Positions 1 to 13,390 of a stretch of DNA of 64,000 bases are shown here, piece by piece. The stretch's first letter is position 1. Each line of letters begins with the position of its first letter. The notes under the pieces are model-generated. The model ran no database searches and was not told where the DNA came from. It saw only the letters and a list, made by a program, of their open reading frames with translations. Made by a program: the position numbers and the translations under genes. This stretch comes from Octopus sinensis (lineage: Eukaryota), in NCBI RefSeq assembly GCF_006345805.1, contig NC_042999.1, positions 82,522,001-82,586,000 on the forward strand. Reading direction: 5' to 3'.

Positions 1-1089
1 ACTGTGGTTTCCAAAATAGTATAATTCGCCATTTTTACGCATAAGGCCTTTACAAGCCATAGACTATTGGCTATTTTGGGGACATTGTTTTAGAGTGATC
101 TTAGTCACTTTCTGTCCCCGATAGCTTGGTGTAAGTTGGAGTTCATCTGAGTGAAGAGTTAGCGTTGAGAAATGTCTAGCTAACTCTTCGGTGTAGAAAA
201 CGACTTGTATGTGGGCAAATTTGTTCCACCAGGTTACATATTCTTTGTGATCCCAGATGGGTTTCAAGCACTTCTCTATTTTGCTTGTGTTGGCCTTCTC
301 TGGGATTTTTGTTTTTTTGTTAACTATTTTATAAATGATTGTTCGTCTTTTTTCATTTTCCAAAATATCTCTGGTATGTTTATTTTTACTATACCTTCTG
401 ATTCTGTTATTTTGATTTTCGTGTCTGTATTTGTTGAGCCGTAAAGTATATTGTTTTTTTTTTTTTCTTTAATAATCGCGTCAGCGAAATTTGTTGTTGT
501 TTTGTTATTGTTGTTGCTTGTGGTGATGTTGTTGTTGGCTGCAGTTTGTAAAATTGGTGTGTTTGGTTCGATCGTACAAGTAGGAAGGGGTGGAAAATTG
601 CCTGCGTAGGGCAAAATTGCCTGCACTAGGGCAAAATTCGACATTTCGTTTGCTTGTCGTCGTTATTTTTTCACTTGTTGGTGATGGAGTGAGCAGTGGT
701 TGAAGGGAATTGTTGTTGTCGTCGTTGTTGTTGTTGTTGTTGTTGTTGTTGTTATTGTCGTTCTTGGTGACGGCGGTGGTGTTGGTAGTATTAGTAGTAT
801 TGACGGCACGGTCTTTGGTGGCGGTGATGGTGATGTTGGTGTTGTTATTGGTGGCGATATCTTTAGTAGGGATAGCAGTTTTAGTAGCAGATTCTGCCAT
901 GGTGTTGGTGGTGGTGGTGGACTCACTGATGCTGTTGACGGTGCTTGGCCTTGCGACCTTTGTTTTGTATTTGTTGCTGTTGGTGGTGGTGGAGTTGTCA
1001 GGTTCGGCGTATGCTAACAGAGCATCCTGTTTTTCTGTTTCTGCGTCACGCTTGACTTGCAACTCAGCCTCGTGGTGGCCAGTGGCCAT
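1..1089 (-). pseudogene. Frameshifted ORF1 (gag-like) of element A, start MATGHHE at 1089
   Basis: Split over track ORFs 505-1119, 324-644 and 64-363. It has a Thr/Asn-rich N-terminus followed by a conserved block matching ORF1 of the 12998-19078 element (46 of 87 residues identical by hand alignment after correcting one frameshift). Confidence 0.8.
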
Positions 1090-1260
1090 TTTGGAAATAA
1101 AATGGCTAAATGAAACCACGAAGGCTATGAGAATTTTTTCTTTTAAATTTTGCCCACAAGGGGCAAAATTTTGTGTCGATATTTATCAAAGGTTTACAGT
1201 GGATGTTGTTGCACAACTTTTAAGCACAAAATGTTTGTCAATATACACTTTTAAATAGTC
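1..1260 (-). mobile_element. 5' part of a Tx1-type (L1 clade) LINE, element A; continues beyond the window start
   Basis: The 5' UTR (about 1090-1260) aligns by eye with the 5' UTR of the full-length element (18858-19030). The ORF1 segment RRTIIYKIVNKK...KIEKCLKPIWDHKEY...FSTLTLHSD aligns with the full-length element's ORF1. The 5' end is joined directly to (ATAG)n at 1261. Confidence 0.85.
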
Positions 1261-1394
<134 letters not shown>

Positions 1395-1930
1395 TGGTAG
1401 GTAGGTGGGGAGGTAGGGACGTAGGTAAGTAGAAAATGCACTGTGAGGTAGGGGCAGAGGGGTAAAATGTAATACCAAGAGAAGCAATATTTTATGAACC
1501 ACAAAAACGGAGGTTGCAGAGGGAGATAAAAGGAAAGGAGCGAAACGACCTCTTACATATTCAAAGTCTGTTAAAAACTTACCGAACAACTGATTGGCAG
1601 ACAAGTGAACAATAACGGTAGCCAAGAGCAAAAGGAACGGTTAAGACAACACAATATATAAAACAAATAGATATATACACCTGACAGGAAGTATTTCAGA
1701 CAGCTCTAAAGTTAATAATGGTCAAGGACATAGGAAAATGGTTATGAGTGGTTTGTGTAGTATGAACGACTGCATGTTTACAAAAGTCGGTGGCAGCTCT
1801 TTCTTCTCTTCAAGTAGATTATGAAATGGAGGAAGGAAATGAAAAAAAAGATAGCAGCCCTATACACGTTTATACTTGGACATATATATACAAGCACTCA
1901 CTCAGTTATACATTTACATATACATATACA

Positions 1931-3110
<1,180 letters not shown>

Positions 3111-3169
3111 ATATTTTATACACAAATAAATATAGATATGTGTATACATAGGTATATGCGTATTTATGT

Positions 3170-3460
3170 CATTATTCAGTTTATTTCAAGATTTCTTGCC
3201 AATAGAGAAAGAACCGGTTTCTAACCTTAATCCAAGGCTCCTTCATTGGAATTTCAACATCAACAACAGGGCATTTTTGTTTGTTTGTTTGTATGTATGT
3301 ATGCATGTATGTATGTATGTATGTATGTATGTATGTATGTATGTATGTATGTATGTATGTACGTATGTGCAAATTTGTATGTTTTATGTATGTACTCTCA
3401 TGCATGTAGTTGCATATCTGAACATGCTCGTATATATTTAAATGATAAACTACCACTACT
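3170..3460 (-). mobile_element. 3' UTR fragment of the (CATA)n-associated R4/Dong-type LINE
   Basis: Reverse complement matches 9540-9795: ORF end, internal (TACA)n, then the terminal module ...GGCAAGAAATCTTGAAATAAACTGAATAATG. Confidence 0.8.
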
Positions 3461-3929
3461 ACTAAAATTATTGTTGCGGTTGTGCCTGCTATGTATGTAT
3501 GTATATATACTTATGAAGTTGTATGTATGTATGTATGTATACTTATGAAGTTGAAATAAGCACAGTTTAGAAATTCTGCCACAGCGCAATAAGAATGAGT
3601 AGATACATTATCACATATAGGGAATAGATAACGAAAATATGTCTAAAACCGAGTTAAGGAACTAAGGAATCCGAAAGCAATCTAAAAACACGTTTTAAGC
3701 ATTATAGTATACACATAATTAAATAAGATACTTTGTTTTAGCTGAAGTAGTTTGTGGACTGTAGCAGCACTGGGAACACTAGACTGTATAATTAAATATT
3801 ACGATAAATAAAAGCACAAAAAAGGAAGATTTATTGCTAAATCTCCGCAAAACAAGGAACTGCTAAAAATGGCATTACATTCCGGAATGTTTTTCAGAGG
3901 AACAAAGACACAAAGCTGCATCGTTGGAA

Positions 3930-4370
3930 TGTAGATAACAAAAACAGTGGCGCGTTTTAAACTTGACAAAAGTATTGCATATTTTTACTGTTGCACTTAC
4001 TGATTGTATATATATAATCCACGAATTAGTTGATTTCTCTTTTTTTGAAAACCTTAGCTTATCCAGATTATCATTCAGACATTTACTCACAAACCCAAGT
4101 ACAGTAGTTTTCATAGTTATAAACGTGAATTCATATTCTGGATATAGGAGATGGATATTTCGGAACAGTTGTTCATAGTAATCCTATATTTTCAAAAAGA
4201 TATTCACGTCAGCTGGACAGCTGACCTTTATGATGTTTTGTTGACAGATGTTTTGTTGGAATTGTTCCACCAGTATTCTTCGAGATGATACTTGTGTATG
4301 TTTCCATTAACAAGAAGGTTCTCTATATATATTCCAGAACAGTGTTTTTCTCCGAATGGAATTATATTGA
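3930..4370 (-). mobile_element. Degenerate RLE-domain fragment of an R4/Dong-type LINE
   Basis: Remnant translation EYWWN...IQSVSATVKICNTF, homologous to 45400-45800 and 48990-49490. Confidence 0.7.
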
Positions 4371-5460
4371 GATTTTCATATGTATAGTCATATATATAAA
4401 GTTAGTATCTTGATGGCATTTTTGAGCAGCTGCTTACCAAATGTGTTGTCTTCCACTGAAATATATCATAATCTACATTTTTCGTTATGTATACATATAT
4501 GCATTTATATATTTATGTGTGTGTATTTATATATTTATGTGTGTGTAAATATGTGTGTATGTATATGTATGTGTATCGATACACCTACATTCATTTATAC
4601 ATAGCGGACGTATTTGTAAATATCTGTGTATGTGGCACTGTAGATAATATATTTTATGGAGTTGCACTTTCAAATTTTATGTAAAAACTCAACACAGTTG
4701 GTTATATTTCCAGAGGTGAGAAAGTATAAAAACATGTATCTCTTAAAGCAACATTAGTTATTTCACGACGTCAAATAGATAATGCTCTTCGTAATTTACG
4801 ATTTATTGTCATGCATAAATAGGTAAAGGTTATTATAATGGAATTATATAGTTAAGCACATCACTCGTAAAAAATACGATATCATTCTGAAGAAAATGTT
4901 CAAAATATGAATATAATAAAATAAAATCTAGAAAATGAAAACTTGTAAGATTTCTTCACGAAATGGATTAAAGCGAAATGGAATTGGTTGCAAATTAGGA
5001 TAAGAGAGTGGATAAGAACTATTATAGTAAGTTTGGTAGACAACCAAATACATATATAAGAAGCCATCGAATATTCTATTATAATTCTTAGGTACGAAAC
5101 TAAAAGATCCGTTAATTTAGAAATAGTCAAAAACCAGTTGAGGAAAAATATCTTCACGTCTATTTAATTTAATCAAGCTAAATCACTAGAATGAAGGTTG
5201 ATAAAGAATTTTTCGGGAAGCAACGTTGGTAATTAAATTACTATAATGACTTGAGGTAGAGAAAACTATTTAAACGTTTAAGCTGTAAAATATATAAGAT
5301 GTCGAAGTGGAACTTTATTACAATAAAAATATATGTATTTATTGTTTGCTATTATATAGAGATTATCTGAAGATATTTTTAGAAAGTACAAACGTTGTAG
5401 TGATTAAGAAAATTGTAGTGTGAGATATTATCTTTTGCTTTGTGATACTAAATTTTATAT

Positions 5461-5681
5461 TACTCTCTTTTACTCTTTTACTTCTTTCAGTCATTTGACT
5501 GCGGCCATGCTGGAGCACCGCCTTTTAGTCGAGCAAATCGACCCCGGGACTTATTCTTTGTAAGCCCAGTACTTATTCTATCGGTCTCTTTTTGGCGAAC
5601 CGCTAAGTGACGGGGACGTAAACACACCAGCATCGGTTGTCAAGCAACGCTAGGGGGACAAACACAGACACACAAACACAT

Positions 5682-5714
<33 letters not shown>

Positions 5715-5886
5715 CATATATACGATGGGCTTCTTTCAGTTTCCGTCTACCAAATCCACTCACAAGGCATTGGTCGGCCCGGGGTTATAGCAGAAGACAC
5801 TCGCCCAAGATGCCACGCAGTGGGACTGAACCCGGAACCATGTGGTTGGTTAGCAAGCTACTTACCACACAGCCACTCCTGCGCCT
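5461..5886 (-). mobile_element. Full-length tRNA-derived SINE (family 1) with an internal (TA)n/(TG)n tract
   Basis: Head GGCGCAGGAGTGGCTGTGTGGTAAG...GGTTCAGTCCC (A/B-box-like) and (AAAAGAGT)n-like tail. Many diverged copies occur in the window. Confidence 0.85.
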
Positions 5887-6448
5887 ATATTGAAATGTTT
5901 TATTAAGAAAGTACTAATATACTAGAAAGAATAGTTTTGTGTTTTGATTAAAGTAATACAAATTAGGAGATATGATGCGTTTGAAATGCAGCAGAACTTT
6001 TTGTTAGTGAACAGGGCATAGTTTCGAGTGACGAAAATTTTGACACCATATTACAAATAAATGTTTCAGTGAAGTTGATTGTCTTCATGTGTAGCTGAAT
6101 GACTAACATGTGTCCTCCATGCCGCCGTCGCTATGATATTTTAAGCAGCTAAATATCTTATTTTTACAAAATGTGACTAATACTAATTGTCAGTTAATTA
6201 ATTAGTTTTGAGAATAGAGTTCACATTTAGACATTCGAGGTTAGCAGGGTTTTTTCTCATTTATGTTGTGTTCTGCAAGAGATTAAAATGTTTAAGTTGA
6301 CATTTAACAGACATTAACTGTCGCATAGGTTCCAAAATGAGGTACCGGTTTTTTTTCTTTCTATGCTCCTAGATATTTGTATGTGTCGATAAAACTTTTT
6401 CTTGAACAAATCGGTTTAACTAATACATGATATATATTAGACTAACAC

Positions 6449-6540
<92 letters not shown>

Positions 6541-6557
6541 GTAGATAGATAGATAGA
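6449..6557 (+). repeat. (GATA)n microsatellite
   Basis: Read directly from the sequence. Confidence 0.97.
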
Positions 6558-7399
6558 AGCATGCATGCATGTATGTAGAGGTTGAATAGCTTATGATAAC
6601 TATGGTTTGGAGGGAAGTGCTAAACTTTTTCAACTGCTATATTTATAGCTAACAATGTAAACTGCAGGCTGTCACATGCCACATATCCCACTCTATATAT
6701 CTATGTTTGGTACTGGTAAGTTTAAATCTGAATCTAGATATTTTACCCTATCCCTATTCCAATTTGCCTTAAATGTTTCGTTGTAATACTTCCTTTACTT
6801 CAAAGGTTATCTTAAACAATATTATATAGAGGCTGGACAATTGTAAATATAATAATGCTTTTTACTTTTAGAGTACATATTTTGATTTATCTGTGTAGCA
6901 TCACAATAAGGAAACACACAGAATCTGTCAGAATCTATCGGAGATTTGTTAGCTAAAGTTACCTAATAATAAAAAAAAACTGTTATCTTGATATAACCGC
7001 CGGGCCAAAGACAGATGGGAAAATTTGTGAGACATTTAACGTATACAATCCATTAACATTTCTGATATCAGCGGATTCTTTTAACTCAATACTAACGTCT
7101 AATAACACAGTATTTTGTTTCTTCATCCACTTAGAGTTGTCATAGAAGTGACAAGATCTTGTAGCTGTAATATAATGTCGTTTTCTGTGTTATTAATAAA
7201 GGTAGTAGATTTAACTTAAGTTCAGCTGTAAGGATACGTTCTGTCAACATAGGACAGTTATATTTCTCATCAAATTAGAAAACATGACATGTTTTTATCA
7301 AGGATAGCATCACACCACTCAGTTGCCAAATTTGAATTATTCTAATGAGGCAAGTGTAATTTAAGCTACATTTTTAGGGTTGTTAAAATGACAATGAAG

Positions 7400-7800
7400 A
7401 CGGCGAGCTGGCAGAAACGTTAGCACGCCGGGTGAAGTGCTTAGCAGTATTTCGTCTTTCGCTATGTTCTTAGTTCAAATTCCGGGGAGGTTGACTTTTC
7501 CTTTCATCCTTTCGGGGTCGATAAATTAAGTACCAGTTACGCACTGGGGTCGATATAATCGACTTAATCCCTCTGTCTGTCCTTGTTTGTCTCCCCTATG
7601 TTTAGCCCCTTGTGGGTAGTAAAGAAATAGGTATTTTGCCCGTTGCTACGTTCTGAGTTAAAATTCTGCCGAGGTCGACTTTGCCTTTCATCCTTTCCGG
7701 GTCGATAAACTAAGTACAAATGAAACACTGGGGTCGATGTAATCGTCTATTCCCCTCTCCACAAATTTCATGCCTTGTGCCTATAGTAGAAAGGATTATG
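7400..7800 (+). mobile_element. Two adjacent SINE family 2 copies (second is 5'-truncated)
   Basis: GGCGAGCTGGCAGAAACGTTAGCACGCCGGG...GTCGACTTTGCCTTTCATCCTTTCGGGGTCGAT, matching 61627-61853 and 41485-41685. Confidence 0.85.
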
Positions 7801-7944
7801 TTCATGCTAATGACAGGACATTTGAATCTCTATTGAAAGGAGAAGGTAGTTTGTAGATTAACGTATTGATCTTTAAAAATAAATCATGATTCCTATGTTA
7901 TCGATCTCCCATCCCACTTTGCTATAAATACAGTTCTTTGTAAG

Positions 7945-8110
7945 ACGGTGATCTGGCAGCATTGTTAGCATACCGGGCAAAAGGTTAGCGGCTGACTTTG
8001 CCTTTCATGCTTTCGGGGCGATAAAATAAGTACCATTTGAAAACCAGGGTCGATGTGATCGACTTATCCTCGCCCTCGGTATTGCTGGCCTTGTGCCAAA
8101 ATTTGAAACT
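7945..8110 (+). mobile_element. Degenerate, internally deleted SINE family 2 copy
   Basis: Shares GACTTTGCCTTTCAT...GGGGCGATAAAATAAGTACC with the other family 2 copies. Confidence 0.7.
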
Positions 8111-9199
8111 AATATATTTAGTTCTTTATGATTTGGTAGTAGAATTTATAGCATTTATTACGTTTTAGATTTATTTATAAAGATTAGTGATAGAATTATG
8201 TAGACACTGGTAGTCGCTTGTCTCATAAGTCTTCTGTCTTATTGGAATTAATAAAAATGCTATTGTTTCTTTTTTTAAAAAATGAATTAGATACCGAATT
8301 TCTCTTCGTAAGGGATTTACGTTTCTTCTGAATTTGATATTCTTGATTATAAGAAATAGATCATATTTTAGTAAATTATTACGACGAAGACATAAACTGA
8401 CTTGAACCGTAATTGATTTTCGCTGTATCGGAAAACATTTGTTTATTTTTCGGTTTTTCTCCGTTTCGTCTTTTTTTTTTTTACGTTCAAAAAAATTTAC
8501 TGTCTGCATCATCATAGTCTTTAGTTTTCTGTAGTTAGCATTTGAGATAATTCATCTTTTTAAAGGTAGGAACTTTTTTGTTGCATTTTAAGGCACTTAG
8601 TTTATGTTTAGAATGGTTCTCCCATAAAATGGAACCTGTGTTTTATACAACTTATTTTGTTTCTAAAACTAAACAAAAAAAAAATTAACTGAATAAAATT
8701 ATGTACATTATATACAGATACTTATATATTTTAAAACGATGATACCCAAATTTGGCTTCACTCGCTGTGTTAGGAGAATAGAGATTAGTTTTTTTTAGAA
8801 AAAAAGAGGGTTGAATCGACAGTTTGAATCGGTGAGGCAGCAACAGTAAAATCTATCGAATAATACTGGTGCAACCACAACCAACAGAAATAACTTAACT
8901 AGGTTTGTTCTCATTACAGGGTCAAAGAGGGTCACAGATTGGCAAAATCGTGATACAGAATACCTTTCAGTATTTGTTTAGGCTCTTTACATTTCCAGTT
9001 CAAACCATAGCAAGGTACCCTTTACCTTTTATCCCTCCGAATAAAAGTGTCAGTCAAGTTTGAAGTAATCGACTATTCTCCTCTCCACAATTTTAACATT
9101 CAAGTCTTGTGCATACATTAGCAACAACTGGTCAAAAGGTGAAGAACAATTAAAATAATAATAATAATCATATGGTGAATGTTAAAGGAACAACGTTTA

Positions 9200-9304
9200 A
9201 CATACATACATACATACATACATACATACATACATACATAAATACATACATACATACATACATACATACATACATACATACATACATACATACATACATA
9301 CATA
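9200..9304 (+). repeat. (CATA)n array on the 5' side of the R4-type insertion
   Basis: Read directly from the sequence. Confidence 0.97.
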
Positions 9305-9795
9305 CAAGCTGAAGATCAGTGAAAAAGTGAATACCTACTGTGAACTATTGAGAAATCTACAGTTACCCAATCCAGGTTAGAAGTTCAGGTTCTTATCTGT
9401 AATTATTGAGGCACTGGTATATGTAACACACAGCTAAATATCCATCTTGAGAAATTAGGCTTCTCAAAACCAGAAAGGGGAAACCTGATTCGAAGACTAC
9501 AGATCCAATCCATCACTGGAGCTGTAAAAATCTGTAGAACTCTCCAGGAGTTTATCATTTAAGAATATATAAACATGTCTAGGTACGCAAGTACATGCAT
9601 GAGAATGCATACATAAAATAGAACATACAAATCTGCACGTATACGTACATACATACATACATACATACATACATACATACATACATACATACCTTATTGT
9701 TGATATTGAAATTCTAATAAAGGAGCCTTCAAACTAATTTAGAAACTGGCTCTTTTTCTATTGGCAAGAAATCTTGAAATAAAACTGAATAATGA
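9305..9795 (+). mobile_element. 5'-truncated R4/Dong-type LINE inserted within a (CATA)n array
   Basis: RLE C-terminus remnant (ELLRNLQL...VIIEAL...LQIQSITGAVKIC), 3' UTR with internal (TACA)n (about 9643-9690) and an approximately 100-bp terminal module. (CATA)n lies on both flanks. Confidence 0.8.
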
Positions 9796-9957
9796 CATAC
9801 ATACACACATACAAACATATATACATACATACATGCATACATACATACATACATACATACATACATACATACATACATACATACATACATACATACATAC
9901 GTACGTACGTACATACATACATACATACATACATACATACATACATACATACATACA
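9796..9957 (+). repeat. (CATA)n array on the 3' side of the R4-type insertion
   Basis: Read directly from the sequence. Confidence 0.97.
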
Positions 9958-10754
9958 TTCTTAATATTAAAATCCTAATTAAAATTATTTTAATATTTTT
10001 GAATTTTTACATTTATTCTCAACATATTTTTGCTACTTTCCAAAAGAAATGTACGGGGATTTATACACACTTTTCTCGCTCAACAGATGTAATATATTAC
10101 AATCTTTGAAATGTTTCTTTTTCTATCTATCTTTCCGTAGAATTTTGTACAGATTTCATATTTTATATTACTTATGAATGTCGCGTTTCGTTTAACCTTT
10201 TGTTGTTTTCGTCAATAAACAAAAAAAGTTCATCAATGAACGACAGATCTATATAATAATACAGTTAGTATGTTTAAAATATCTGTTTAGATATCTTTAT
10301 ACCTCTTAGTTCTTTCGACTGAATAAATAAAATAGGCATAATTAAGAGTTAGAAATATTCCTATTTATACCTCACTCCTATTTAAAGATTTTTGTGTTTA
10401 ACTTACACAAGTATATTTCAATTACGAAGAAATAAAGTATTTTTGCTTTTATAACAAACAAAATCTGCTCAATTACTGTAATTTAGTAGCTTAAATACAT
10501 AACTGTGCATATCGTTTTTTATCATTTTTCTCTTTTATTTTTAGTTTTCTATTGCAGAAGCCTTTTTGTGAAATTTTCCAGTATCTAGCATATAAAGTAG
10601 TTTTTATTAAATTACTTATCGTCTGCAGTCCATATTGTATGTGATTTAGATACAAGTATCTTGTTTCTTTTTCCTGTCATAAAATATTTTTAATCCACCT
10701 AATATTACTGATAAAGATTATTATGAAATTTTGAGATCTTATATTCATTTAATT

Positions 10755-10791
<37 letters not shown>

Positions 10792-12119
10792 ACATATTTT
10801 TTAATAAAAATTTCGTAAACAATGTATCAAAATGAACTCAGTTTTTGCTTTTAGTCTACTTTTGCTTTTGTTGTTTTTTGCTTTGCTTTTTGACGTCGCA
10901 ATGCGATAAAATATTCAAAACTAAAATTAATCCATTTTAAAATGAAAATCTTTTATAGACATTTACTTTGCAATACCGCTTTTTCTGTTCTCGCCAAAGA
11001 TATCTGTAATTAATGAGTACTAAAATTAACCCTTTTCAAAATACCAAAGTAAAAAAATCGTATTTTATAGATTTTATGCTAAAATACTTCAACTTTACAA
11101 AACTAGTTTTTCTCAAGTCTTGCTAATAACATTCATTTTTAATGAATACTGTATCTTTTAAATTTAGAATCATTAGTCATAAATTTCGTTCATTACTGTT
11201 AATAATTCTCTGCCGATGTCACAAACTGCTCACATTTGTAATTCTTTTAACTAGGATATATATATAACTACGAGAATATAAAGTTGCACAGAAAGAGAAC
11301 AAAGGAACATATGGAAAATAAACACAAAAGGTGTAGAAACTTTTATCCTTTATCAGTTATCGACCAAAATTCATTGTAATTTCGTATCATTATCGATAAG
11401 GTTGTTCATTTTGGTGGCGTCAACAGCAAAAACGCTACCGAAATATGCGAGTGGACATAGAGGACAGAATGAGATCTATACAAAAATGACAGTGCCTGTA
11501 GACCAAACGGTAAAATAAATAGTAAACAAAAAGCAAAAACCGAAAAATCAATGACAGTAAGTAGAAAATAAAACATACAGGTATTATTTAATGTATATGT
11601 GTGAGGTCTTTCGGCCGTACGACAGAATTAGGACAAAATGTAATGGAAAACAGCACACTCGCACACATATATATATGTATGTACCTGTATGTATGTGTGT
11701 GAGAGTGTGAGTGTGTATGTGTGTGTGTGTACGAGTGTATTTAGAAGGCTTTTCAGCTATAAGACAGCATCGACAGCACATGCGCAGTAGTAATGCTAAA
11801 AAGAGAATGTTGCCCTTAAGGACTGAGAAAAAAGATAGAAAGATGGGTAGATAGGAGGGAAGCGAAGAAAGATGGAAAGAAAAAAGGAAAGAAGCCATTT
11901 CTTCTTACTCATTCTACATTTCTATAGAAAGCCATTCCATTCTGGAGAGTGTTAATTTTCATCATGTTCTGAATATCTAGAAATATAGTTGCAGCTGATT
12001 TTCAATTATACCTGTATAACACTTATACATTCTGAACCGAAAGTCGCCAATAGAACGGCATCTAATCGAATAACCCGTAATTTTTACATATCGACATAAA
12101 ATAATCCTGCAGTAATTAT

Positions 12120-12340
12120 CCATAGATCCATCCAGTTTTTCCGCCCACTATTTTGGACCGTTTGTGAGCAGAGTTCTCAGTCATCTCTTCTATACTGTCC
12201 TATCAAAAGCAACAGTCATCAGATTTTCTGGTTAAATCTCAAAGCGTGGCCAACTGAGACAAGGGATATTAACCAAACGTCTTATTCTTGGTCTACTCCC
12301 AAATCTCCTATCCATTGGCTTAGGATGAAGAAACCGTATT
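12120..12340 (-). mobile_element. 3' remnant of an RTE-clade (Rex3/Expander-like) LINE
   Basis: Remnant translation GRPRIRRLVNIPCLSWPRFEI*PENLMTVAFDRTV resembles the RTE C-terminus GRPRTRW...LAWERLGIPPEEL..VA..R.VW. It ends in GGATGGAT. Confidence 0.55.
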
Positions 12341-12354
12341 GCGATACAAATCTG

Positions 12355-12537
12355 TGACATTCTGGGGAGTGTTCAGCCACTTGCACATTAATTTCACGAG
12401 CAGACTCTTCCGTTGATCGGACTAACTGGAAACCTTGTCGTCGTAACCAATGAAGTACCAGATTTTACGACATGCTCATCGCGTGTCCGTAGTGCCGTAG
12501 CTGTGACTTTTCAATGCGAAGAATTAACAGCTCAACT

Positions 12538-12571
<34 letters not shown>
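12355..12571 (+). mobile_element. SINE 3' remnant followed by (AG)n
   Basis: Matches the tail of the SINE at 61560-61880 (CAGCCA.TTGCAC...TTCCGTTGATCGGA..AACTGGA). (AG)n at about 12540-12571. Confidence 0.6.
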
Positions 12572-12574
<3 letters not shown>

Positions 12575-12984
12575 TCCCTGATCTCTGAGCTTTGCACCCT
12601 GTCGAAGTACATTATTCCAGATATCCTTCATAGGAACCCATTTTCGGCTGCTTGTATTCGCGATCATACATTTTTAGTTATTCAATACCTAATATTGATG
12701 ACTTTAGATGAGAATACGCACAAAAACTGAAACTATCATTAAATTATTAAAAAATATATATTTACTTTATAATTGCTTTAAATTTTTTAGAATCTAATAA
12801 TCAGTTCTTGCAAATTTTTATTGACTACGATGAAATAGATGCATCAGGCTTCTGAATATATTTTGACCATTAACTGTATCATTTATAGAAGTAAAGAGAC
12901 CAAAATATATAATTTACAAACTTAAAATTCCACAAAGACTTTGTAATGACCTTATATGAATGTATGAGTATATATTTAGATATA

Positions 12985-12997
12985 GATAGATAGATAT
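12985..12997 (+). repeat. Left target-site duplication GATAGATAGATAT
   Basis: Identical 13-mer at 19079-19091. The bases on either side differ, so the match does not extend. Confidence 0.8.
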
Positions 12998-13390
12998 GTT
13001 TCTTTATTAGCCACAGAGGGCTGCACACAGATAGAACAAATTACAAGGTAGAGCTTTTCTTTTGAAGGTATTTAAAAAAAAAAAAAAAAAAAAAGGAAGG
13101 GGGAGGTTCGATCAAAGGGATCGTAAAAGGAGAGAAAGAGGACAAAAATAGGGGGGTTAAAAAAAAAAAAAAGGGGGGGGAGAGGAAAAAAAAAATGATC
13201 AATAGGGATCGTTATCACAGAAATGTCAATATGAAGTGTAAAGGGGAGGACAGGTGAGGTTTACCCGTGGAAAGAAAAGCCTGCGGAAAAGACCACGGTA
13301 ACCTCGGTCAATGAAGTCACATTTTATATTTCTTTTTTTTTTTTTTTTTTTTTTTGCAAATAAGCAACTCTCTGTTTTCGATTTCTGGGT

